A stretch of 64,000 bases of DNA from a virus. Lineage: Duplodnaviria > Caudoviricetes. A model generated the notes under the pieces. The model did no database searches. It saw nothing but the letters and a program-made list of their open reading frames with translations, and had not been told where the DNA came from. This document shows positions 11,510-23,314 of this stretch, one piece after another. Positions within the stretch are counted from its first letter, which is position 1. Each line of letters opens with the position of its first letter. The stretch is from the IMG/VR virus record IMGVR_UViG_3300037400_003961, positions 32,001-96,000 of that record, one strand, 5' to 3'. The position numbers and the translations under genes were made by a program.

Positions 11510-11710
11510 TTATTTTTGCTCCTTTATCCAATTTACAGCTTTAGAAAAATTTAAATATTGGTCATTAACTTTTAAAATAGGAGCTTCCATAAATCCTAAT
11601 TCAATAAGTTCATCTATATTATTTGATATTTCAAAATCTATGTTAAGACTTTGAAGTTTTTGTTTTAGAACATTACATTTTGGACAATTTGTTGAATATA
11701 ATGTAATCAT
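11510..11710 (-). CDS. Glutaredoxin-like (NrdH-like) redoxin
   Basis: LYSTNCPKC and APIL motifs; next to nrdD. Confidence 0.8.
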   Translation of the reverse strand: MITLYSTNCPKCNVLKQKLQSLNIDFEISNNIDELIELGFMEAPILKVNDQYLNFSKAVNWIKEQK

Positions 11711-11755
11711 AAAAAAACCTCCTGTTTTAGCAAGAATGATCTAAAGTTGTCTATA

Positions 11756-11795
11756 TTATTTAAAATTATTTTAATAAGATTTATTATCTTTGACC
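11756..11795 (-). promoter_or_regulatory. Phage-specific motif copy (GGNCAA-N7-TAAT-N13-TTTT)
   Basis: GGTCAA agataat AAAT cttattaaaataa TTTT aaataa, upstream of the redoxin-nrdDG operon. Confidence 0.6.
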
Positions 11796-12215
11796 AATTT
11801 CCTCTCTAAAGGTAATTGTTGGTTTAATATCAGTTGTATTTGAAATAGCATTTTCATTTCTTGGATAATGAAATTCTTTTTTTCCTTTTCGCCATTCTAA
11901 ATCACACATTTCTGGACATTCTTCTTCCATCTGTAAAGCTCCTAAAATATTAAATGCAGCGGCTGCTAGGTGATCTTCATCATCCCATCCCGCAATATAT
12001 TTAGCTAAATGTCTTTCTGCTGAGTCGAGGAAAGATGATAATGGAATGCCCTTTAAATAATTAAATCGTCCATATTTTTTTGCTCCCTCTTCATAGTGAC
12101 GAGAAAGTCTAAGCAATGCCATCATAGGGAGAGAGAGCATATCTCCCTTCCCCTCATGCATATCTCTAACCGCCCCAGTATTAAAAGAAGTTCTTTCACC
12201 AGAATCTTTAATCAT
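11784..12215 (-). CDS. dATP/dGTP diphosphohydrolase N-terminal domain (DUF5664-like) protein
   Basis: TGAVRD..GKG, GAKKYGRFNYLKG, SAERHL, EDHLAAAAFN. Confidence 0.75.
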   Translation of the reverse strand: MIKDSGERTSFNTGAVRDMHEGKGDMLSLPMMALLRLSRHYEEGAKKYGRFNYLKGIPLSSFLDSAERHLAKYIAGWDDEDHLAAAAFNILGALQMEEECPEMCDLEWRKGKKEFHYPRNENAISNTTDIKPTITFREEIGQR

Positions 12216-12229
12216 AATTAATTACTCCT

Positions 12230-13692
12230 TTATGCTGAAATTCTTTCATGTTCCAATGTCATGTTTGAATTATTAACATTTACAATTTTATATAGTTGAT
12301 GTGTTGCTGTTGCTTTATATGTTTTTGCTACAAATGTATCTTCTCTTCTATATCCTGTTACTAAAATCTTAGTGCCACGAGAAAACCATCCTTTTTCTAA
12401 TACCTTTTTAGTTCCATCTGATTGAACTTCAGAGATTTGACGATTATACATTGCATAATATTCTTTAGTAAATTTAACATTTACAACTCCATCTGTTGTT
12501 AAAACTGTAACAGAGGCTTTTGTATTATCTTTACTAATAATTGTTCCTGCAATTTTATACAATTTAAAGATTGGAATATCTCTTCCAGTTCTTTTGATAA
12601 AATAATCTACTTCTGGTTCATAAGATAAATCAAAGAAATTAACAATTCCATATTGATGTTTATTAATATTGGTTAATTCATGTTCATGATAATAAAAACA
12701 TAAACTTTCCATTTCCCATGCGGAAATATTACCAATTGCATATTTATGCCATATTTCATTAAACAATAAATTATTATATTGATTTAATATTTCTTCTTGA
12801 TTTTCTTTTAACCAGTTTCTAGCCTCATCCATTTCCTTTTGATAAATTTTATCCCATTTTGTTTGAAGAATACAAGTAATACCATTTATTACATCTAATT
12901 CATTTAAATCAAAATATTGAGAATAAAAATTTAAAGAGCCTTCATCAAAAACATAATATTTACCGACTTTTTTATTATCTTTAAGAAACTTATTAAATAC
13001 AAATACTTGTTTTTGTTTATTTAACATTTCTGGAATTAATCCAGATTTTAATAAACCATTAAAGTTTTGTAGCGTTAATCGTTTCTTTGGATCACATATT
13101 AAAGATACATAATATGCCATAATAGCATATCTTGGATTATTTTTACAAATTTTTGAAGCCCATTTATTATCAACTTTATCAAATGCTCCAGATTTAATTA
13201 ATGAAATCATTTGAGTTTTATTTAATGGACACCTATTCATAAAATCAACAATTCCTGTATAAGGACGACCGCTAATAATTTGATCAATAACTGGTCCACC
13301 AATTTTATTGACTCCTTTTAATCCAAATAAGATTTCATTATTTTCTTCATCTGGTTCAAAACTAAATCCAGACTTATTAATATCAATTAATGATACTTTA
13401 ATACCTTTTGATGTTATATCACCAATAGCTTTTGCTAATTTAGAATAATCAGTAGTTTTTTCTATTTTCTTTTTTCCGCTTCTATCGGGTAAATCTTCAT
13501 ATTCATATTGCTCATAGTCTTCTTTTTCATATAAACTAACTATTTCAACAGTTTCTTTTTCTTCTTCTAATGAACCACTATTTACAATTAAACAAGCGGT
13601 ATTCCAATATATTGGATTCCAATGAGTTGCAATATAAAGAGTTTGAAATCCAATAAATGAATATGCAAGAGCATGAATAATTGAAAAACTAT
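12230..13692 (-). CDS. dnaE: DNA polymerase III alpha subunit, exon 2
   Basis: Splicing gives GGG T|AT AGT TTT TCA (G-Y-S-F-S-I-I-H-A-L-A-Y). HhH motif GLKGVNKIG and OB fold follow. Exons total 3975 nt. Confidence 0.9.
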
Positions 13693-13811
13693 CATGTTGT
13701 TCCATTGTTTCCAATGGCATAGACTATATTTTACTTTCTTATTAATAAGAAAGAACACCTTTTCCATCTTCGTATCAATAGAAGATGTACTCCCCTTCCG
13801 AGGGATAGTCG

Positions 13812-14639
13812 TTACAGGTTCGATAAAGGATATGATAAAGAATTATCTTTAAAAGTTTCACCAATTTTTATTCTTCTAACAGTTTCTTCAGAAGAATTAA
13901 CTATTTTTGCAATTTCTTTATTACTTTTATTTGTTGTTAATAATAATTCTTTTATTTTATCTGCTCTAAATTCATTTGCAGATTTTTTTCTTATAGGATA
14001 TGTTGGATATAAACCTTTTCTAAGTGTTCCTGCATTTATTTTTTTTACTGTTGAATATCCTATTCCTAATATCTATGATATTCTTTTTAATGATAAATCA
14101 GAATTTAATAATAAATCAATTAAATCATCATAATCATCATTACTTTTATAATATTTATATAATGGATAAGTTTCATTTTCATCATAAAAATAAATTCCAT
14201 TATTTATTGAAGAAATAAAAGATGATGAAATACAAAAATATTTTTCAATTTCATAATAAGAGATACCTTGTTTTATCCAATTTTTTAACATTTTCAATTC
14301 ATCATCACTTAATATTGAACTATATCCGCGGCGACCGCCACCTAAATCCATATTGTAACCGATTCCATTACCACAATAAGTATTTAATTCTTTAATCCAA
14401 TATTGTTCTCTTTTATTTACTTCATTTATATTATCTGTATATAAAATTTCTAATAAAGAAATTTCAAAATTTTCTTCTCCATATTCTCTAATTTTTTTAT
14501 GAATTAGATCATTATATGAAGTGGCTTTTGGATTAAAAGCGCAGGAACGATGCTATCTAATCCTTCTTTTATAATTATTCGTTTGTCCAACATATTTATG
14601 TTGATTAATTTTATTTGTATAACAGTAAATATAATACAT
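13812..14639 (-). CDS. Intron-encoded GIY-YIG homing endonuclease, 275 aa (at least 2 TAG)
   Basis: MYYIYCYTNKINQHKYVGQTNNYKRRIR*H...REQYWI...GYN; own RBS AAGGAG. Confidence 0.85.
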
Positions 14640-14742
14640 AATTAAATCTCCTTTATATTTATTTTACTGTTATCATATCCTTTAAAGTTTCCCACGGGAT
14701 TTTCATGACAACAGTAAGGCTACAAAATGTATCCCTCACTAT

Positions 14743-14782
14743 TATTTTAAAATTCCCCGTTAGCACTTAATTAATTTTGTCC
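14743..14782 (-). promoter_or_regulatory. Phage-specific motif copy inside the dnaE intron
   Basis: GGACAA aattaat TAAG tgctaacggggaa TTTT aaaata, upstream of the endonuclease ORF. Confidence 0.6.
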
Positions 14783-14843
14783 AAAAATTTTTAAGTACCC
14801 CGCTGATAAACGGAAAAGTGTTTAGGGGCAAGTTTCTTCGTTC

Positions 14844-17355
14844 ACCCCATCTGAGGACCAACACCGCATTCCCAAATATATTTACCAAGTGCTGGGCTTG
14901 ATGCTTTATTTAATACTTGTTGATGTAATTCAGGAATTTTTGCCATTTGTTTTTTACCAACAATTTTTCTTGCGGCATTTGCTTCTTTAAGCGTAAAACC
15001 ACAAATCTTTTCATCCATCAACATTCGCATTAACTGCTCCTGAGAAGGTGGCACTCCATAAGATTGCTTAAAATATGGTTCAACAGCTTTTTGTTCTTCT
15101 TTTGTTAAACCAGCTTTATCCATTTCTTGATACCATAAAGATAAATTATTCTTATAACGAATATATTTTTCCATTGGAGTTTCTGCACCTTTTTCCGCAG
15201 TCATAAGACGCATTAATCCATTGGCATCAGACATCTCAAGAATATTAGTTGGTTTAATTTTTTTAGCAGCTTGAGAACCAACTTCTGAATCAAACTGAAA
15301 AACATTTAATACACTATTTTCTTGCAACGCTTTCCATATATTCTTATCATCAAGTGGAAGAACTTCTGGATGAAAATATTTATTATAAACTTCTCTTAAA
15401 GTTAAATTACTATCAATTTTATTATATTTTTGAAGAAGCCTTATTCCTTCAACAAACTTATCTTGGACTTCTGTTACCAAGAAATCATACTTTGTCATGC
15501 CGCAAGCTTCACATTTATGAAGATCCCATTGTGTTATAATTTCACCTTTTGGAGTTTTCATAAAACATCCAAATTCATATGGATCTTCATCAAAAAGGAT
15601 AACTCCACTTGCATGACTAGAACGTTTATTTATAATTCCTTCTATTGCCATTGCAATATCTAAAAGACCAGGATATTGATTTATTTCTGTAATAAAAGGA
15701 GTAATAGGTTTTCTATCTTTATCCACATTCCCATATACAACATCTTTAAGCGGCCAGAGAAATCCTCTTTCACTTGGGATTAATGAAGATAAAAATTGAG
15801 CTGTATCTACGTCTATTCCGTCTGGAAAATCTTCTGAACGATAACCGCGGCAAGCGGTTAATACAGCAGATTTAGTTCCTTCCGTACCAAAGGTCGCAAT
15901 TAATGTACAACCAAGATTTTTTCTACTTAAATCATCAATGTCTACATTAAAATTTTGACCTCTTTCTTCTTTTATTTTTTGAAGAATTAAAGGACGTTTT
16001 GATGGACAGAGATCTAAATCTATATCGCCCAATTCAACACGTTCTTTGTTTAAATATCTCCAGAATGGAAGATCCCATTTAATTGGATCCAACTGGGTTA
16101 TACCTAAAAGATAATGATTTAAACCTGAACAAGATGAGCCTCTACCCGCACCAACTGTACTTCCACATTCCCAAAAGAGATCGACATAATGCTGAAGAGT
16201 AATTGGATAACTAAACATATTAGTTTCAAGTTTTTCACTAATAGTTTTTTTAATATCCGCTTCCTCTTCTAATCGAGAAAGATATTGATGATTATCTTTA
16301 TTAAGTTGTTTAAGTTTAATTAAACATTCATTTACCCAATATCGTTCATATTTATCTTTAGATATTTTCATATTATATAAATTTGGATATTGAGATAAGC
16401 TTTTATCTTCATATGGAATATAATCTTTAACTTCTACTTTTGGGATAGTTTGTTTATGTGCAATACTATAATTTTCAATTTTATTATAAATTTCATATGA
16501 ATTATTTACTAATTCATCATAATCTAATTCAGATGGAACAATATTTTCTTTTATATCATTTTCATCTTGAAGATATGTATATTCATAGAATGCATCAACT
16601 TCACGCTCTCCACCCTTTGAATTAAGATATGCTTTATGAACAAATCTATCTTCTTTTTTAAGATAATGAGCATCTGAACCAAGAACCATTTTACATCCAA
16701 ATGCGGCAGCTACAGATTTAAGACGTTTATTAACCGCAATCTGTTCGTTTGATTGACCCGGCGCACATTCAATATAAAAATCTTCACCAAAAAGTTTTTT
16801 ACACCATAAAATAAATCTTACAATATCATTATGAATTTCAGTAATGCTATTTGTATCATTGTGTTTTTCAGCTTTAATAAGATTTAAAACTTGTGAAGAT
16901 AGTTCTCCGCCAAGACAAGCAGTTGTTACAATCAAACTATTTGGATACTTATTAACAATTTCTTCAAGTTCATCATAAATTGTTGGAACTCTTTCAAGAC
17001 CTCTGTCCCAATAACTATTCATCCATGCTCTTGAAGATAATTCTCTTAATGCTCTAAAACCAGTTTTATTTTTTGCAATCAAAATAAAATGATAATATTT
17101 TTGCCCCATTTCTCTATTAGGCGTTAAGTATATTTCATTACCTAATGCAACTTTAAAATCTGGATATTCTTTTAAAATATCTTGAGCATAAAAATTTGCT
17201 TGTGGTGCTCCAGAAAGACATTCATGATCTGTTAAAGCAATTCCACTAAGTCCAATTTCAATTGCTCTATCAATGAGTGCTGGAATCTTATTAATACAAT
17301 CTAATAATCTTATATTTGAGAACTCTGAATGAGAGTGAGGTTCGAATCTTTTCAT
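14844..17355 (-). CDS. dnaE: DNA polymerase III alpha subunit, exon 1
   Basis: PHP domain (HSHSEFS, LTDH, SDAHY), GAGRGS, DIDLD, SSHASG, KYDFL. No in-frame TAG. Confidence 0.93.
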
Positions 17356-17374
17356 ATATTATCCTTTATATTAA

Positions 17375-17584
17375 TTAATAATTATAATAATCTACATATA
17401 CTGTATAAAGAAAATGAAACCCTCGAATTTCTGTATCAACTCTTTTTATTTCATAAGTTGTATTTGAAAAAGTTAATGTTTCAAGTCTATTTGGAACTCT
17501 TTCAAAATCTAGATATTCTCCATTAAAAGGTGGCTTTCTCCCTTTAGGTAAACTAAGTGGACTCCATAATATTCTTACCTTCAT
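17375..17584 (-). CDS. Hypothetical protein
   Basis: MKVRILWSP... with RBS AAGGA, downstream of a sigmaA promoter at 17618-17646. The track start at 17674 is probably too far upstream. Confidence 0.55.
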   Translation of the reverse strand: MKVRILWSPLSLPKGRKPPFNGEYLDFERVPNRLETLTFSNTTYEIKRVDTEIRGFHFLYTVYVDYYNY

Positions 17585-17635
17585 AATATTTTTTTCCTTA
17601 TAAATTATTATACTTATATTATAATATAAATTAAT

Positions 17636-17812
17636 AAAAAAGTCAAGCGAGTTGCCCCGCTTGACTCGAATCAAAATAAATATTAGTTTACGTTGTCCAT
17701 TGGAGTATACCTCCTGTAATTATTTCAGGGTATCGAGTTACAAATACTATATTATTGCAAAACTTACTTGCCCATTGGACTATACCTCTCTTTCATAATA
17801 TTTATTTTCTAT
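17636..17812 (-). ncRNA. Candidate small RNA / minigene transcript
   Basis: Lies between a consensus sigmaA promoter (17819-17847) and a terminator hairpin (17641-17666 plus U-run). No long ORF; contains two 21-nt repeats. Confidence 0.4.
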
Positions 17813-17818
17813 AATTAT

Positions 17819-17847
17819 ATTATACCAAAAATTTTTTATTTTGTCAA
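17819..17847 (-). promoter_or_regulatory. sigmaA/sigma70-type promoter
   Basis: TTGACA-17 nt-TATAAT with TG extension. Confidence 0.85.
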
Positions 17848-17854
17848 ATTTTAT

Positions 17855-18298
17855 TTAAATTGGATAATTTAATTCCTTGCAATTTATACCATGTGAACAA
17901 AAATATTCTTGTAAATATTTTCTTTCACTACATGGATTATTTGGAGCCTCGTATACCATTAAAACTATAGTATCTTTATTAAATTTATTTAAACAAAATT
18001 CAAATGCTTTTATCATTTTATTAAAATCAACAGTTTCAAGTAATTGTTTATATTCTTGCATTGTAGGACAATTACCTATTAATATTTCTTTTTCTTCGCA
18101 GGGACAATAATGCGTACCTTGGGACTGGACTATAAGAGGTTCATAACGAAGCCCGCATATTATTCCTCTTTTATCTATATAATATTCTTTTCCTATTGGT
18201 GGACGGTACCAGTTTGGATCAGATAAACATGTGGAAACTGGTATCATCCATGATTTAAAATTACGAATTTGATAAAAATAAGAAGTCGCTATTTTCAT
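17855..18298 (-). CDS. Hypothetical protein (DUF488-like)
   Basis: MKIATSYFY...IVLMVYE.P...CSER pattern. Confidence 0.5.
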   Translation of the reverse strand: MKIATSYFYQIRNFKSWMIPVSTCLSDPNWYRPPIGKEYYIDKRGIICGLRYEPLIVQSQGTHYCPCEEKEILIGNCPTMQEYKQLLETVDFNKMIKAFEFCLNKFNKDTIVLMVYEAPNNPCSERKYLQEYFCSHGINCKELNYPI

Positions 18299-18299
18299 T

Positions 18300-18518
18300 T
18301 TACTACTGTTCTACTAGTTTAAATTTGGTTGTATAATATGTATTACAATATAAGCACTTTCCACTACCATATTTTAATTCAACGTTACCACTACATTTTG
18401 GACAAGTAATGGGATAAATTTCAGCTATTTCACATCGTAATTTATAAGTTTTTCCATTTATACAAATTTTACTAATATATCCATCACAGTCTTTTTTATT
18501 CATCTTTACCTTACCCAA
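18300..18518 (-). CDS. Small zinc-finger protein
   Basis: CPKC and CLYC; ends CAG-TAG-TAA. Start codon uncertain. Confidence 0.55.
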
Positions 18519-19687
18519 ACAAGACGCTTAGAGGCACGCGTTGCAGCTGTATACATTGCTCGTCTATGAGTTTCTTTATCATAAGGAAAATTTTCCTCTA
18601 ATACAAGCACTTTATTCCATTCACTACCTTGAGCTTTCCAAATTGTAATCGCATATGCATAAGTAAATTCCTTCGGCACTATTTCACCATATCCAAGCTT
18701 CAGTTTTCCAAGCTTATAAGACAACTTCCAATCACAACATTTAACTCCAGACATAATCATTTGTCTATCCATTTCTGTCATTAAATACACATCATCCATA
18801 TCTGGAATAACTAAATCTCCCATTAATACATCAAATTTTTTAATGTTACTTTTTACAAACCGCGGAAGTTGTCTCCAGGTTTGAAAACTATTTTGAAGAA
18901 TACCAATAGTACCATTAATTAGCGGGTCTCCATTATTACTAAGGTCATCCCAATAATTACGTAGACAAATCATTTTATCTCCATCTACTGGATAGTCTGG
19001 ATGGTTTAATAACTGTCTCATTTGATTATTAATAGCTTCACGTTTTGCATTTGTTGCAGTTAGCACCTGATCTGCCCACTGTAATGCTCCAGTATTAAGT
19101 TGAGAATATGGAATAATTTTTACTTCTTTTCCATCATAGTAATCAATAGGTTCATTATTTCTAATTTTCATTGTAAGTCGAATAATCTCTGATTCTTGTG
19201 CTTGCCGCATAATTTCATCAAGAAAAATATGAGGATGATCTAATAGATGATTATCTTCATTTTTATCTATTGGTGGTAATTGACCTGGGTCGCCTAAACA
19301 AATTACATAAACATTATGAGAAAATAATAAATCTATTAATGTTTTAGGAGCCATACTTACTTCATCGACTACAATAATACTGTAATCTAAACAGGGTTTA
19401 GGCTTTCTATAAAAACTGCCGTCAGGTTTTGGAATAGACTCGTATAAAAGCTTATGTAAAGTGCAAGCATTTTTATTGCCTTTTTTGCGAAGAACCTCTG
19501 CAGCTTTGCCAGTGAAAGCACAATAACAAACATCATCTTCATCAACATCAAGAGCTTCAATAATAAAACGTACTAGAGTGCTTTTCCCACTACCCGCATA
19601 ACCACTAATTACTGTATACTTTTTACCTGCGTTATATCTATCTATTGAAATTAATAATCCTTCTGCTTGTTTTTTTGTTAAAATCAT
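18506..19687 (-). CDS. RecD/Dda-like SF1 helicase
   Basis: GYAGSGKS Walker A, VDEVSM, GDPGQLPP, MRQ, AITIWKAQGSE, YTAATRA. Confidence 0.9.
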   Translation of the reverse strand: MILTKKQAEGLLISIDRYNAGKKYTVISGYAGSGKSTLVRFIIEALDVDEDDVCYCAFTGKAAEVLRKKGNKNACTLHKLLYESIPKPDGSFYRKPKPCLDYSIIVVDEVSMAPKTLIDLLFSHNVYVICLGDPGQLPPIDKNEDNHLLDHPHIFLDEIMRQAQESEIIRLTMKIRNNEPIDYYDGKEVKIIPYSQLNTGALQWADQVLTATNAKREAINNQMRQLLNHPDYPVDGDKMICLRNYWDDLSNNGDPLINGTIGILQNSFQTWRQLPRFVKSNIKKFDVLMGDLVIPDMDDVYLMTEMDRQMIMSGVKCCDWKLSYKLGKLKLGYGEIVPKEFTYAYAITIWKAQGSEWNKVLVLEENFPYDKETHRRAMYTAATRASKRLVWVR

Positions 19688-19720
19688 TTAATTTACTCCC
19701 TATAATTTTCTCTTATATAT

Positions 19721-19749
19721 ATTATATCAAAAAATAAGAAAAAAATCAA
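19721..19749 (-). promoter_or_regulatory. sigmaA-type promoter
   Basis: TTGATT-17-TATAAT with TG extension. Confidence 0.65.
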
Positions 19750-19824
19750 ATTAAGAAAATGCGTTTGAAAAAATCCAAACGCATTTTTTGTTTCCATGTT
19801 AGTGGTCATATACGCGCCGAGCCA

Positions 19825-21603
19825 TTAAAAGAAATATTTAGAAGAATCTATAATTTCAAAATTCTACATAATAAGTTGTGGATAGACTTGTCCATTCCAT
19901 TCATTTTTATTACATTTACAAATTGCATTTACTTCAAGATAGCCTGTAGTAGTAAATTGATTAATTTCTTCTTCAGTTCCATTAAACTTAATAATAGATA
20001 ATCCATTTTTAAGATTAAACTTTAAAGTATTGCTTTTCATTATTTGAAAATTAGAATTTGTAATTTTAAAATTAATATTTACATAAGCTCTATCAATATC
20101 TTGTCCCCAATAGTCATTCATGTTTGCAATATCTAATATTGTTTGATTATTATTTTCGTTTTCTTTAAAATCATAATCAATTCTGTAAATAGGCTCAATA
20201 GATACATCTTCTAATAGTTGATCAATATGATAAAGAAAATTATTAACTTGATTTCCTTTTATTCCAATACCATGTGCATTATCATGCCCTTCTACATAAA
20301 TTACTTCGGGACATTGTTCAAGAATTTCTTTAAAACTATTAATTCCAGTTTTTGTATATCCGCGTCCAGAACCTTCATATGCCTATTCTCCATTTCTGTT
20401 AGTTCGTGTTAATAAGCAACATGGTCTTTGATATTTTGCCATAAATTTATTTGCAATCAAACCGCGAATTTCAGAATCAATCTGACCAGGTTCCAATAAA
20501 AATAAAAGAATTTTATGGTCAAGCATATGATTGGTTTCAATCATTTTCTCTAACATAGCCAAACCTGCATCTTCTGCTCTTGTCTGTCTATTTTTAACAT
20601 TTGTAACTGTTCTAATTGCTTGTAAAATTAATTTTTCTGTCTCTCCTAATTTATGTCCACGTTTATTTGAAATAACTTCTTCAAATGCTTTATGATTTAG
20701 CATAGCATTAAATAATAAATTTTTCTATTCTATAGTGCCACTTCTGGTAATAGCATTAACAAAAGGAACAATAAAAAAGGCGGCGCCGATAGAAGTACAA
20801 CTCATATCAGAATTAGAGGGAATATAGTCTGGTTTAGTTAATGGAAAAGAGTTTTTATCAAGCATGTAATCAATAAAAGGATTTTTTATATTCTATTTTT
20901 TAAATCCTTTTGTAATTAAATAGCGAGTTTCAAATGAACGTAAACTCATCATATCCGCGTCTAGTCCAAGAGCAACTAAATCAATAAAATTATCAGCATA
21001 ATTTACATTTAATATACTATCTATATATCGACAAAATTGCCAGACTACACCAACACCAGATAATTCTTTATTAGGATAATCAGATAATTGATTATTAATA
21101 ATTACTGCATATTCACTAATATGATCTGCTAAATGGTGGTCTAATACTAATACCCCTATTCCTTTTTTAAATAGTTGATAATGATAATCATAATCATTAC
21201 TACTCGAATCTGGACAAATTACTAATGAATAATTATTAGATATTTTATTTATGCAATCAGATAAGCCATGCTGTTTACTATCATGCATTATCCATGTTAA
21301 ATGATTATTAACCCAAGTTGGGAATATTGAATATAAATAATTAATTAAAAGGGCGGCTGATGTATATCCATCGCAATCACAATCTACAACAATTAAAGCA
21401 TTTTGATTTTTTGATATTGTATTAAGTAATAATTTTAATCCATCTTTTAAATTTTTCTATCCTAATAACAAAGGTGAATTAATATCTTTATCTGATAAAT
21501 TTATATAGTGTAATATATCATTTTCCGCAACCCCTCTATTATATAAAACCTGTTGAATTGCTGAAAATTTTTTATTTGGTTTATTTATTAATTCATATTT
21601 CAT
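19825..21603 (-). CDS. recJ: RecJ-like ssDNA exonuclease (DHH family), 592 aa, at least 5 in-frame TAG
   Basis: DCDCDG, CPD, LDHH, LSGVGV, VALGLDADMM, GSGRG and GH motifs in one frame. Four track fragments join across TAG. Confidence 0.9.
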
Positions 21604-21637
21604 TTGATTACTTCCTTTTATTTTAATATTTATATTT

Positions 21638-21666
21638 ATTATATCAAAAAAAGAAAGAATTGTCAA
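21638..21666 (-). promoter_or_regulatory. sigmaA-type promoter
   Basis: TTGACA-17-TATAAT with TG extension, upstream of recJ. Confidence 0.85.
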
Positions 21667-21679
21667 GTCAATTCTTTCT

Positions 21680-22777
21680 TCATTCTATGGTTATTCTATT
21701 TTTAAATAGTTGAATAAATTTATCTTTACCTTCATCTATTGGACTTGACTTATACTCTAATAAGTTATCTTTATCAAACATATATGAAATATTTACATAA
21801 TTACCATATTTATTATATAAAGTTTTTAATTTAGTAGTCCATTTTTCCCATTCTTTATCTCCAATTTTTTGAAATTGTTTATCTAAAGCAATAATAATTT
21901 CTTTAACACCAAGAGATAAAAGTAATTTAACTTGATAATTAATTAAATTACTACCGCAACATGCAACGCTAATATCATTATCTTGTCCAAAATAAGAAGC
22001 ATACTTAAGACAACTTTTTTCACCTTCAAAAACAATGGCTTTTTGAAATGTAGAAATTGCTTTTTTACTATTGTTGAGATTATAGAGTGAAAAACCGAGC
22101 GGATGATTGTACATTTTACCATTGATTACTGCTGGACGATATTTACCTTTTGTTTGTTCGTTTTCTTTTATAAGAGTTCTTTCTCTAATTCCAATAAGAT
22201 TTCCATCTATATCATAATGTGGAATTACAATGCCCTCATTAATAGGATCATAACATATTCCTCTTGATTCCATAACATTAAAAGTTATATCTTCCTTTTC
22301 CCAGGGAATGATGCGGGGATGAGGTAAATATCTTAATATTTTATTATCATAAACTTTTAATTCTATAATTTGTGGTTGAGTTTTTTCTTTGTTCCTTTTA
22401 AAATTATTAATGATTTTCCAATCTTCATTTGCTTCTTGATTATCTTCAAAATTAAAAGTTTCTGCTGTGTATCCAAAATATTTAGCAACAAAAATAATCG
22501 CACGAGATAAGGAAAAATTTTGAATACCAGCAGTTTTATTTACTCTTAATACTAAATCATATATATCAAATGAAGCATCTCCACATCCTGTATAACAATG
22601 AAATAGATGTGTATTAGGGTAATAATAAAGTTTATGACTGTCACCACCATGACAGATAGTTCTGGCGGTGAATATTCCATTTCCCATAATAGGTTCACCG
22701 CCCAATTCACTAACAAGATCAAATACTTCTTCTATTGTTAAGTTTTCTTTAAGAGTATTTTTATCATATTTATACAT
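21680..22777 (-). CDS. dnaG: DNA primase (zinc finger + TOPRIM)
   Basis: ICH...HCYTGC zinc finger, VFEGEKS and IIALD TOPRIM motifs. Confidence 0.85.
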   Translation of the reverse strand: MYKYDKNTLKENLTIEEVFDLVSELGGEPIMGNGIFTARTICHGGDSHKLYYYPNTHLFHCYTGCGDASFDIYDLVLRVNKTAGIQNFSLSRAIIFVAKYFGYTAETFNFEDNQEANEDWKIINNFKRNKEKTQPQIIELKVYDNKILRYLPHPRIIPWEKEDITFNVMESRGICYDPINEGIVIPHYDIDGNLIGIRERTLIKENEQTKGKYRPAVINGKMYNHPLGFSLYNLNNSKKAISTFQKAIVFEGEKSCLKYASYFGQDNDISVACCGSNLINYQVKLLLSLGVKEIIIALDKQFQKIGDKEWEKWTTKLKTLYNKYGNYVNISYMFDKDNLLEYKSSPIDEGKDKFIQLFKNRITIE

Positions 22778-22778
22778 T

Positions 22779-22871
22779 TTACTATCCTTTTGCCCATTTA
22801 TATAAATTTTCTGCTAATAATACTGTAAAAATTATAAATAAACAAATTAGAATAAAAAGAATTATAATCAT
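22779..22871 (-). CDS. Small membrane peptide, 30 aa
   Basis: ATG overlaps the upstream TGA. MIIILFILICLFIIFTVLLAENLYKWAKG-TAG-TAA. Confidence 0.45.
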
Positions 22872-23299
22872 ATGTTTTTATACCTTTCAATATAGGCTTG
22901 TAAACAACCACCTTCTGGAAGGATGACTATAGTTTTATTTCTTGATGTAAAAGTAATAATATCTCTTAACCAATTTTCCCATTCTTTTTCTAATAATGCA
23001 ATAAAAGATTCATCATTTTCTCTTCTTTTGTATCTATTTAAATAAATTTTTAAATCATCAATAGGAGGAATTACAACAGTATATCTTACTTCCATTTGTT
23101 CAAATTGTTCTAATAATTGAGGATGAGTAGATACCATAACATTATATCCGTTATCACTCATATGTTTTGCTACTTTTGCATAACGAACCCAATCTTTCTC
23201 AAATGGGGTGCTTTCTAAATCTACCCAATTAGAAAATTTTGCTAAGGTAGTTTTTCCAACTCCAGGGAAACCACAAATAATCATTATTTTTCCTCTCAC
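22868..23299 (-). CDS. P-loop NTPase/kinase-like protein
   Basis: IICGFPGVGKTT Walker A. Confidence 0.65.
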   Translation of the reverse strand: MRGKIMIICGFPGVGKTTLAKFSNWVDLESTPFEKDWVRYAKVAKHMSDNGYNVMVSTHPQLLEQFEQMEVRYTVVIPPIDDLKIYLNRYKRRENDESFIALLEKEWENWLRDIITFTSRNKTIVILPEGGCLQAYIERYKNI

Positions 23300-23314
23300 T
23301 TTTTATATTTAAAA

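Larger units (their letters stand above)
13693..14843 (-). mobile_element. Group I intron in dnaE (1151 nt)
   Basis: 5' exon ends in U and the intron ends in G. R/S-like elements (TGTAACGACTAT, AAAATATAGTCT). Removal restores the frame and the GYSF..HA motif. Confidence 0.9.
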
